In this document: piece by piece, positions 15,259 through 23,304 of the stretch
Layout of the letters: every line of letters begins with the position of its first letter
Position numbering within the stretch: the first letter of the stretch is position 1
Virus record (IMG/VR): IMGVR_UViG_3300042393_000519
Span: 1 to 24,335 of that record
Length of the DNA stretch: 24,335 bases
Strand: one strand, 5' to 3'
From: a virus
Lineage: Duplodnaviria > Caudoviricetes
The notes under the pieces: model-generated
What the model saw: the letters and a program-made list of their open reading frames with translations, nothing else
The model's database searches: none
What the model was told of the DNA's origin: nothing
Program-made: the position numbers and the translations under genes

Positions 15259-17631
15259 TCAGAATTCGGTTTTCGGTTCGAGGTTCGTCTCCTTTTCGTT
15301 TTCATGGTTTGTAAACTGCATCCCATATTTAGATGTTAAGTACACCGACACCGACTGCAACGAAGGCACACGGTAAAGGCGCGGGCGCATTTTAATAGGT
15401 GTCTGGGTTTTGTCGTCGATGTCCACTACAGACAGCCGGATAGTAATAGGCTCCGGTGGCTGTTCTACCACTGCGAGACGCTGGCTCATCTGTTGCTCAC
15501 TCCACACCTCCGGTCGGTCTTTGCGAACCGATCGACAATGGTGCTCGTATGCCTCCACTAGCAACGGCAAATGCACATAATCGGGCCAGCCGGAGCGATC
15601 TATCGTTCGCCCATCGCCGGGGTGAGCATGCCAGTGCCTCATATGGAATTTCATAGGAAGCGGGTGATTGTTGCTAATCCACGTAGACATCCATTCGTCG
15701 AATTGTGTCATCGACTGCTGCAGCATTCGCACCTTAGCATCGGTCATCACGGCGCGACGAATGGATTCGGGCTTGTATTCATGCTGCAACAGAAAGCGAT
15801 GTATGCGGGCCAAATTGTCTCTGTCACTCAGCCACTTGTGGTACGTGTCCCAATACGGGGTGTCTTTGGCTCTTTTGTTCGACACCTTAAACACCACATA
15901 ACGCCGATCGTCCACACCATCCGAAATGAACAAAGCGTCGTCCTGTTCATTCGACGTGAATATAAACCGCGCCAAATTGGTTTGATCCCAACCGTTTACT
16001 CCCTTAGGTTCGATGTGGATTATCGGATCCGTCACTAGCGATTTCAATTTGGCGGCAGTTGCCCTTTGCCGGTTGTTTATAGCTTCATCGCACTGGATGA
16101 ACAGTTTGTTGGCGAAATTGTAATTGAACGACCTTGTGATCCTATCCACCGAATTCGTCGCCGTAGCATGATTAGACCCGATTATTGGAATCAATATCGA
16201 ATAGCCCAACATTGACTTGCCCGCGCCTTGATCTCCTACCAGAACGATGGCCGTTCCGGGACGCTGTGCGGGGCGCTGGAATATGTCCGCCATCCACGTC
16301 ATCATCCAATTATATCGAGTATCGTCTGAATCCGCCAGCACCTCGTACACGTAGTCCACAAAAATAGCAACGTCGGATTCGGACACCTCCGTTTCGTAGG
16401 GCTTCACGTCGAAACCACTCCAGGCATTGGCCATCAATTCTTCTGATTTATTGTATATCAACGGGGCGTCTGGGTTAATATCGATGGCCGATATGCGTTT
16501 AACAGCACTCAAGTCGAAGAAAATGTCCACGATCCGCTTACGACTTCCGCCCATGTCGATGCGTTCATGCGAGTTGGTGTTAACAAACGCTTGTCGCGAC
16601 ATTACTGAATTGCGCACAGCCCCTGTCGCCAGTGCATCGAGGTCGATCACATCCGTGGTATTGCGGCGAATGGCAAACTTTTCCAAAAACCGGTCCAGCA
16701 CTTCGCCATTGGGCGAATCGGACAACATCTCGTACAACATGCGAACGATCTCGCGGTCACCCGTGATCTCGGCAAAGCGAGTGATGCCGGTCACTGCGGC
16801 TCCGCTGTCGGCTTTGTCCCACGTCGATGAAAACGCGCGAATACGAATTGCGCGGTCTTTTTCATCATCCGCCGCGAGGTCCAACACTGAATGCAAAAAC
16901 ACCAGCGCTTCGTCCTTATCCATTACGATAGACGAACCATCGTCCTCGCGCTGAAGAGAGTGCACGCGGTGCAGGAAACCCGCCAGCGCTAGCGTCAGAT
17001 CGTTCCTTACGCCTTCGGTCCAATGTCGAGCGATGAGGGCTGCAGCAATTGCGCGGCGGATGGCGCGCACTAAAGCCCCCGCAGATGTGGTAGTTAAAGT
17101 AGCTTGCGCCGCATGCAAATCGTGCCAAGTATACGCTTCGCCCGACGGATGAATGGAAGATGGCAACAGCGAATATTGACCCCTCGACTGGTCGCCTCCG
17201 CGCAATTCAACCGCCGAATGTTTCTTGATGCGATTCATGATGGGGAATTCGTCTGAATCGTAGGCCGCTTGCAACTTATACACTCGATGGGTGCGAGGTC
17301 TCGACATTCGACCCCAAATGTGGCCACAAGCGGGGAGCATCATGTCCAGTGCAGTCAACAAAATCGGATCGTCTGAATCTACATCCACGTCTACCACGTC
17401 GCCGAACAAATGGACGCCAACGTTAATCGAATCGGATTGTGCAGCCTTGGTAATGACGGCATCGGACCGCTCGCGGTTGTTGTCCTTTGGACTCCAACCC
17501 GACACTGGAGCTTTCGACCGAATATTTGCTTCCACAGCATAAGTTCCGGAAGTTCGAATGAAATCCAACGACACCCGTCGTTGTAGTTGGTCCACAATAG
17601 CGCTGGTTAGCGCTGGCCTTTCGGCTTCCAT
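15259..17631 (-). CDS. Primase-polymerase / SF3-type helicase fusion (Prim-Pol + PriCT + DUF5906/D5-like)
   Basis: NVGV...VDVDVD, THRVY, ELRG...LLPSSIHPSGEAYTW; GVRND PriCT; Walker A GDQGAGKS, Walker B IQCDEA, FTSN, DRRY. Start ATG 17631 with GGAG RBS. Confidence 0.88.
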   Translation of the reverse strand: MEAERPALTSAIVDQLQRRVSLDFIRTSGTYAVEANIRSKAPVSGWSPKDNNRERSDAVITKAAQSDSINVGVHLFGDVVDVDVDSDDPILLTALDMMLPACGHIWGRMSRPRTHRVYKLQAAYDSDEFPIMNRIKKHSAVELRGGDQSRGQYSLLPSSIHPSGEAYTWHDLHAAQATLTTTSAGALVRAIRRAIAAALIARHWTEGVRNDLTLALAGFLHRVHSLQREDDGSSIVMDKDEALVFLHSVLDLAADDEKDRAIRIRAFSSTWDKADSGAAVTGITRFAEITGDREIVRMLYEMLSDSPNGEVLDRFLEKFAIRRNTTDVIDLDALATGAVRNSVMSRQAFVNTNSHERIDMGGSRKRIVDIFFDLSAVKRISAIDINPDAPLIYNKSEELMANAWSGFDVKPYETEVSESDVAIFVDYVYEVLADSDDTRYNWMMTWMADIFQRPAQRPGTAIVLVGDQGAGKSMLGYSILIPIIGSNHATATNSVDRITRSFNYNFANKLFIQCDEAINNRQRATAAKLKSLVTDPIIHIEPKGVNGWDQTNLARFIFTSNEQDDALFISDGVDDRRYVVFKVSNKRAKDTPYWDTYHKWLSDRDNLARIHRFLLQHEYKPESIRRAVMTDAKVRMLQQSMTQFDEWMSTWISNNHPLPMKFHMRHWHAHPGDGRTIDRSGWPDYVHLPLLVEAYEHHCRSVRKDRPEVWSEQQMSQRLAVVEQPPEPITIRLSVVDIDDKTQTPIKMRPRLYRVPSLQSVSVYLTSKYGMQFTNHENEKETNLEPKTEF

Positions 17632-17655
17632 GAGTGCTAATCTCCGTTTATATGT

Positions 17656-17693
17656 AAAAATTGGTCGGCCCGATATTAGACACGGGCCGACCA
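17656..17693 (-). terminator. Intrinsic terminator upstream of the primase
   Basis: Perfect 11-bp stem TGGTCGGCCCG/CGGGCCGACCA with a 10-nt loop, followed by ATTTTT on the minus strand. Confidence 0.75.
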
Positions 17694-17710
17694 GCCTACT
17701 CCCACCTCGA

Positions 17711-18574
17711 TCAGTCGTCAATCCGGTTTTGGTGCTTCTGGCGCATAAGGTCCAGGAAATCCGCCGGAACGGAGCGCTTGTCGCGGGGCGTCATGACCAG
17801 AACGCCAGTCTTGGCGACTGCAAGTTCGAGCGCGGAGCGAGCAGTCATGCGCATACGCCCTTGCCAGCCCTGAGTGGTGGACACTGCCCATGGCTTGGAG
17901 GTATTGACACCGTTCAACTCCAAGAATTCGACAAACAAACCGCGATCAAACTTACCATCGCCGCCCGTAAACTGATTTTCTAGGGTGAGCGCCAACCAGT
18001 CTCCGCAATGCAGAGGATTTCCGCGCGAAGCGTACAATTCCCTATACTTAGGGTTAATGATGTTGGACGAAGGGCGTCCTTCCTCGTCGGACTCTTCTTC
18101 CTCGGATGCCTCGTCGTCGGGTTCGGTGGCATCGCGGAGCGGCTTCGTCTCGGAGACGGGGCGAACGGGGCGCGGAGAACGAGCGGGCTTCGAAATGGCC
18201 TCGTCGCTGGACTCCGGAGCGGCTCCCACGAGCGCCACGGCTGACTGGTCCACGTCCCGCTTCATCAAGCGATCCACGATGTCGGCTAAAGTCGGCAACT
18301 CACCATACTTCGCCAACCCCATGGCTTCGTATCCTACCGGCTGCTTTTTCACGATCCGCTGCACGAAATTCACGTTATATTCAAGCTTTACCATACGGGC
18401 CAGAAGTGCAGCAGCCAGCGCCTCTTGCACGTCAAACGCTATGAACACGGACTCCCGCCACTTAGCAGTGAAGCGGCGACCCCAGTCGTCATTGGAGATG
18501 TCGCGGAGTTCAACGCCCGCCTTCTCGGCCTTTTTGAGAATGTTGTGGTGAATGGTGTTCTTGGCAGTGGTCAT
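17711..18574 (-). CDS. Early two-domain hypothetical protein with Pro/acidic linker
   Basis: Start ATG 18574 with AGGAGG RBS; linker SPRPVRPV...EPDDEASEEEESDEE. Confidence 0.8.
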   Translation of the reverse strand: MTTAKNTIHHNILKKAEKAGVELRDISNDDWGRRFTAKWRESVFIAFDVQEALAAALLARMVKLEYNVNFVQRIVKKQPVGYEAMGLAKYGELPTLADIVDRLMKRDVDQSAVALVGAAPESSDEAISKPARSPRPVRPVSETKPLRDATEPDDEASEEEESDEEGRPSSNIINPKYRELYASRGNPLHCGDWLALTLENQFTGGDGKFDRGLFVEFLELNGVNTSKPWAVSTTQGWQGRMRMTARSALELAVAKTGVLVMTPRDKRSVPADFLDLMRQKHQNRIDD

Positions 18575-18608
18575 TGTAGGTCCTCCTGTTTTAAGTGTTG
18601 TGAGTGTT

Positions 18609-18773
18609 TTAGACGATTTCGACGACGCGGTGGGTCTCGGTCTCCACCACGCCTTCTTCCTCAAGAGACCACTCGATCTCGTCGGATTCGATCTCGATGA
18701 TAGCGGCTACAGCATCGATGGTCTCCACCACGGTCTTTTCGAGAGTCTCGGTGTTGGTGATTTCGTACTTCAT
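18609..18773 (-). CDS. 54-aa highly acidic early protein (not in ORF track)
   Basis: GGAGG-ACATC-ATG; MKYEITNTETLEKTVVETIDAVAAIIEIESDEIEWSLEEEGVVETETHRVVEIV*; biased codons; first ORF after the promoter. Confidence 0.8.
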   Translation of the reverse strand: MKYEITNTETLEKTVVETIDAVAAIIEIESDEIEWSLEEEGVVETETHRVVEIV

Positions 18774-18797
18774 GATGTCCTCCGTTGCTTATGTCCC

Positions 18798-18826
18798 TTT
18801 ATACCACAGGGAGAGAGGGCGCACAA
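18798..18826 (-). promoter_or_regulatory. Sigma70-type early promoter, copy 2
   Basis: Minus strand TTGTGC-17 nt-TATAAA with extended TG; the spacer CTCTCTCCCTGTG is shared with copy 1. Confidence 0.8.
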
Positions 18827-18845
18827 GTATTTACAAACAGCACAA

Positions 18846-18864
18846 ATGCGACAGCCTGTCGCAT
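18846..18864. promoter_or_regulatory. Palindromic regulator site, copy 2
   Basis: Perfect 9-1-9 palindrome ATGCGACAG-C-CTGTCGCAT, 19 nt upstream of the -35. Confidence 0.75.
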
Positions 18865-18883
18865 ACAACCGCATAAACGAACC

Positions 18884-19340
18884 GTCCAAAGTTCTTAACA
18901 CAGGTGGACGGACGAATGGACAGCAAACACAACTGGAGAGCGAATCTGGACACAATCTTGGCGTGTAAAAGCGCAGAGAGCATACTCTTATAAAGTGTCC
19001 CACGTCCAAAGTATACACCTGCGTCCAAAGCTAGACACCGTGAAACATAACTCTGGTCAAAGCTATGGACGCGCGAAAAAACCCGACACGACGGGCCTCC
19101 GTGGCCGTGAAACATAGTCCACGTCCACCTGTCCAAAGTTTTTTGTATTAATAAAAAGAAGAAGAAAAATAGAAGAAACGTTTTTTATATGGACGGCGAA
19201 ACCGGCGATTCGTGTGTCGAACTTTGGACAGGTGGACGCGAATATATATCTGGAGGCCTCAGAGGCCCGTCGTACGGGCCTTCGTTTTACGTCCATCCGT
19301 TTTCGAAGCTGTGGACGCGAGGTGGACGCGAGGTGGACGA
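18884..19340. repeat. Iteron-like TGGAC/GTCCA array with nested inverted repeats around an AT-rich core; putative replication origin
   Basis: 17 TGGAC/GTCCA copies by manual count; perfect 19-bp IR at 19122-19140/19220-19238; non-coding gap between the divergent arms. Confidence 0.7.
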
Positions 19341-19473
19341 TTATTATATTTATAAACATATAACGATTATACAATACTAATCTTGTGGGTTTGATCAAGC
19401 CATTATCTGGCGCTTTAGGTTTGGTTGTGTTAAAATTAGATTTAGTGCACCTGTAACGGACGCGTATACATAC

Positions 19474-19830
19474 ATGGCTAAGCGGCCAATAACCAACAAA
19501 GTGGCGATTGAAGAAAAAATCAAATATTATGCCCGTATCGGCACACGTACGGACGTCATCGCCGTATTGTGCGATATAGACGTACCTAATCTTCACGAGC
19601 GGTATGGTACAATTCTACAGACTGCAGTGCAAGAAGCAAATGGCCACGTAGGCAATGCATTGTATACTAAAGCCATCAATGGCGACACGCAGGCTCAAAT
19701 ATTTTGGATGAAAACTCGAGCTAAATGGAAAGAGACGTTGGACTTGTCTAGCGAAGACGGTTCGATGTCTACTGTTTCGTTTCAGAATGCTGTTGTTGAC
19801 GCTTTGAAAAAAGCACATGGTAAGGAGTGA
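19474..19830 (+). CDS. Terminase small subunit
   Basis: N-terminal HTH-like segment, NALYTKAINGDTQAQIFWMKTRAKWKE motif; immediately upstream of the large subunit. Confidence 0.8.
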   Translation: MAKRPITNKVAIEEKIKYYARIGTRTDVIAVLCDIDVPNLHERYGTILQTAVQEANGHVGNALYTKAINGDTQAQIFWMKTRAKWKETLDLSSEDGSMSTVSFQNAVVDALKKAHGKE

Positions 19831-21214
19831 CGTTAAGTTCGAGCGTAAACTGGCCGCAGCACACCGGTTGCTGGACTTCACCAGTTATATGTATACTTCT
19901 CGTCGTTGTACTACTTTTCATTCAAACTGGCACCAAAAAGAGATTTGTGACGCGTTAGAACGGGTGGTAGTGGGCGACATCAAACGTTTGATCATAAATG
20001 TGCCTCCGCGATCCGGTAAGACAGAAATAGCCGTGAAGTCGTTTATAGCCTGGAGTATGGGTGTATATCCCGATTCCGAGTTCATTCATGCCTCGTACTC
20101 CAAACGTCTTGCAGCCGCGAATACTTATGACATTCGTGCCATAATGCAACATGAACGTTATTTAGAATTGTTTCCAACGACTAAACTAGAGGACGATTCC
20201 AGAGCAAAAGACGAGTTTAGAACCACAGCAGGCGGTATTGTTTATGCAACGGGTGCAGACGGTACAATTACTGGGTATGGCGCGTCCAAGATGCGGGATT
20301 CGTTCGGCGGTGCCATCATCATTGACGACCCGCACAAGGCGGGTGAGGCTAATTCGTCTATTGTACGCCAATCGGTAATTGATTGGTATCAGAGCACGAT
20401 GCAATCACGCCTTAACAAGCCGGATGGCCCAATCATTGTTATCATGCAACGCCTCCACGAGGACGATTTATCGGGTTGGTTGCTAAACGGCGGATCCGGC
20501 GAAGAGTGGTACCATGTTTGTGTTCCGGCCCGTACGCCTAGTGGTGGATCGTTTTGGCCATCCCAATTTCCCGATGAAACGTTGAACAGGCTGGAATCGT
20601 CTAATTCGTATGTGTTCGCTGGACAATATATGCAGGCTCCGGCACCCGTGGGAGGTGGTATCTTTAAAGACCACTGGTGGCGAACAGTCTCGGCTTTACC
20701 TCCAATAAGATGGCGTTGCATTTTTGCTGATACTGCGCAAAAAACCGCTGAGCAAAATGATTATACGGTCTTTCAATGTTGGGGCATGTCGATCGAAAAT
20801 CAAATAGTCCTCATCGATATGGCGCGTGGTAAGTGGGAAGCTCCGGAACTGGAGACGATGGCGCGGGCTTTTTGGAAAAAACACATTGCGGTGCAGAATG
20901 CGGGTTCGCTGCGAGCCTTCAAAGTTGAAGACAAAGTGAGTGGCACTGGTCTGATTCAGAAGCTTCGTCGCGAAGGTATTCCTATTGTCGGTATGTCTAG
21001 AAATAAAGACAAGGTGACTCGAGCTTTCGACGCTGCGCCTTTAGTAGAAAGTGGCAACGTTGTCGTTTATGACAGCGTACCGTATTTGTTAGATTTAATG
21101 GCTGAAGCTTCAGTGTTCCCGAATGGTGCTCATGACGACGCAATAGACACTGCAATGAGCGCTATTAACGACATGTTTGTTCCGCAATTCGCTCCCGCAA
21201 TAAGATCACTGTGA
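19817..21214 (+). CDS. Terminase large subunit
   Basis: NWHQ, INVPPRSGKT Walker A, IIIDDPHK Walker B, IMQRLHEDDL, ADTA nuclease Asp, FPNGAHDD.ID; AAGGAG region upstream. Confidence 0.95.
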   Translation: MVRSDVKFERKLAAAHRLLDFTSYMYTSRRCTTFHSNWHQKEICDALERVVVGDIKRLIINVPPRSGKTEIAVKSFIAWSMGVYPDSEFIHASYSKRLAAANTYDIRAIMQHERYLELFPTTKLEDDSRAKDEFRTTAGGIVYATGADGTITGYGASKMRDSFGGAIIIDDPHKAGEANSSIVRQSVIDWYQSTMQSRLNKPDGPIIVIMQRLHEDDLSGWLLNGGSGEEWYHVCVPARTPSGGSFWPSQFPDETLNRLESSNSYVFAGQYMQAPAPVGGGIFKDHWWRTVSALPPIRWRCIFADTAQKTAEQNDYTVFQCWGMSIENQIVLIDMARGKWEAPELETMARAFWKKHIAVQNAGSLRAFKVEDKVSGTGLIQKLRREGIPIVGMSRNKDKVTRAFDAAPLVESGNVVVYDSVPYLLDLMAEASVFPNGAHDDAIDTAMSAINDMFVPQFAPAIRSL

Positions 21215-21222
21215 GGCCCATA

Positions 21223-22500
21223 ATGGGACTGTTAGACATTTTCCGCCGCCATACACCGGACCGCAAGGAGAGCCAAGCATCCCAACTCTTAGTGGTTAAT
21301 CCGGGCCAGCCTGTTTGGTCGCCGCGCAATTACGAGACCTTCGCCAAAGAGGCCTACGGCAAGAATGTCGTGGCTTATCAGTCTATTAACCGCATCGCCG
21401 ACGCTATCGCATCGGTCAAGCTTGGCATTTACAGAGGCGAAACCGAACTCACCGAGCACCCGCTTGTGAGCCTATTCCGCCGCCCAAATCCGATGCAGTC
21501 CTATGGCGACTACGTGCGCGCAAAGGTCTCCTTCCTCATGCTCGCGGGCAACGGCTATGAAGAGCGGTTCATGGTCGGCTCCGAGGTCAAGGAGTTGTAC
21601 CAGCTTCGACCAGACCGCATGTCGATCTTGCCCTCAACAAACGGCATCCCGGCGGCTTATATCTACAAGGTCGGCCAAAACGTCACCCGATGGGAAATGG
21701 ACTCGCGCACCCTCAACTGCAACGTGCGGCATCTAAAGTTGTTCAACCCGACCAACGATTGGTATGGCATGTCGCCCATCGAGGCGGGTGCTTATTCAAT
21801 CGACCAGAACAACGAAAGCATGGCGTGGATGCAAGCCCTGCTTCAGAACTCCGCTCGACCCTCCGGCGCTCTTACGGTGAAGGACGGCGGCACCCTTAGC
21901 GATGAGAACTTCAACCGCCTCAAGGCCCAGATCGAGGAGCAATACTCAGGCTCGACCAATGCGGGGCGACCGATGCTCTTAGAGGGCGGGCTTGATTGGC
22001 AACAGATGGGGCTTTCGCCCACCGACATGGGAATCATCGAGGCTAAATTCTCATCCGCCCGTGACGTGGCTCTTGTCTTCGGTGTCCCGCCTCAACTCCT
22101 TGGTATTCCTGGCGATAACACATACGCCAATTACGCCGAGGCGCGTCTTGCGTTTTGGGAAGACACCGCGCTGCCGCTCCTCGACATGATCGTGCACGAT
22201 TGGAACGCATGGCTTGGTGCTCTCTATGGCGTCACCATTCGCCCTGACGTTGATGGCATCCCAGCAATTGCCGAGAAGCGGCTTTCGATGTGGCAGATGG
22301 CAGACCAAAGCCAAGACCTCACCATCAACGAACGCCGCGCCTTGAAAGGGTATGGGCCTATCGATGGCGGTGATGTGTTGTTTGTGTCGAGTGCAAGCAT
22401 ACCTCTTACTATGGCAGGCGAAACGTTGCCCGAGGTAACACTAGAAGAAATGAAGGCTATCGCTTACGGGGATGCCGATGGCTCGACGTCTCGTAGATAA
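21223..22500 (+). CDS. HK97-family portal protein
   Basis: HPL..L..RPNP.Q, L.GNGY, ELYQLRPDRM, YGMSPI, NSARPSG, NAGRPMLLEGGLDW, FGVPPQLLG, TYANY, LTINERR. ATG 21223 with GAGG RBS. Confidence 0.95.
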   Translation: MGLLDIFRRHTPDRKESQASQLLVVNPGQPVWSPRNYETFAKEAYGKNVVAYQSINRIADAIASVKLGIYRGETELTEHPLVSLFRRPNPMQSYGDYVRAKVSFLMLAGNGYEERFMVGSEVKELYQLRPDRMSILPSTNGIPAAYIYKVGQNVTRWEMDSRTLNCNVRHLKLFNPTNDWYGMSPIEAGAYSIDQNNESMAWMQALLQNSARPSGALTVKDGGTLSDENFNRLKAQIEEQYSGSTNAGRPMLLEGGLDWQQMGLSPTDMGIIEAKFSSARDVALVFGVPPQLLGIPGDNTYANYAEARLAFWEDTALPLLDMIVHDWNAWLGALYGVTIRPDVDGIPAIAEKRLSMWQMADQSQDLTINERRALKGYGPIDGGDVLFVSSASIPLTMAGETLPEVTLEEMKAIAYGDADGSTSRR

Positions 22501-23275
22501 CAACGCCCGTCGAGAGCATCGCCGCCAAGTCGCTCTCCTTGACCGGCTCACTACGCAATTCCGTGGCCGCTTAGAGCGCGAGCTTGCAGCCGCGATGAAG
22601 GACATGGTGGAGCATTGGCTCCAGACCAATCAGGTGGCATTGCCACGCGGGTTTCATGACCGCATCGAGGCCACTTATCGCCAGATGGCATTGGCGTCTA
22701 TCACCATGTTCGGCAATCGCATTTATAATCAAGGCAAGGCACGCGGGTTTCCGCTTGAGGCCAAGGAATCCTTTGCACAGATAATGACGCGGTTAGCCTT
22801 GCGTTACATCAGTCAAGAAGCTATCCGCCGCCGCATTACCGAGGTTACCGAAACCACCCGCCGTCAGATTGTTCGTGCGGTATCCAAAGGCTATAGCGAT
22901 GGCTTGGGCCAGCGTGGCGTTGCGGATTACATCCTCGATTTGGTGCCATCTATTGCACAATACCGCGCCAATATGATTGCCCGCACCGAGACGCACGGGG
23001 CGGCAAATTTTGGGTCCGACCAAGCCGCAAAGCAGACCGGCTTACCACTTTCGCGCGAGTGGATTTCCGCGCAAGACGAGCGCACCCGACCCACGCATGT
23101 AATTGCAGGGAAACAACCGCCCGTCAGTATGGACGGAATGTTCAAGGTTGGAGATGCAGAACTTGCATTCCCCGGCGATCCTGATGGCGGTGCAGATTAC
23201 CCCGAGGAGGTCATCAACTGCCGGTGCACCGTTGCATATGTTGTCGATGACGAAGCTTTAGAGGCTATGTTGTAA
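22478..23275 (+). CDS. Minor head morphogenesis protein (MuF/SPP1 gp7 family)
   Basis: RANMIARTET, W.SAQDERTRPTH, FPGDP, EVINCRC. Start is 22472 or 22478. Confidence 0.9.
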   Translation: MARRLVDNNARREHRRQVALLDRLTTQFRGRLERELAAAMKDMVEHWLQTNQVALPRGFHDRIEATYRQMALASITMFGNRIYNQGKARGFPLEAKESFAQIMTRLALRYISQEAIRRRITEVTETTRRQIVRAVSKGYSDGLGQRGVADYILDLVPSIAQYRANMIARTETHGAANFGSDQAAKQTGLPLSREWISAQDERTRPTHVIAGKQPPVSMDGMFKVGDAELAFPGDPDGGADYPEEVINCRCTVAYVVDDEALEAML

Positions 23276-23298
23276 CAAAAGCTGAAGTGTGGTATAAT
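23270..23298 (+). promoter_or_regulatory. Near-consensus sigma70 promoter for the protease/capsid genes
   Basis: TTGTAA-17 nt-TATAAT with TGTG extended -10. Confidence 0.75.
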
Positions 23299-23304
23299 CC
23301 CGCA

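Noticed and set aside
19311-19340. CRISPR-like array
   Set aside because: The units are 11 bp with no unique spacers, and there are no cas genes.
19430-19444. CtrA box (TTAA-N7-TTTA) upstream of terS
   Set aside because: One mismatch within AT-rich DNA and a single copy, so it is likely by chance.
18831-19596. ORFs 18831..19136, 19063..19596 and 19189..19380
   Set aside because: They cross the repeat/origin region or overlap terS in antisense, have no RBS, and have implausible composition.
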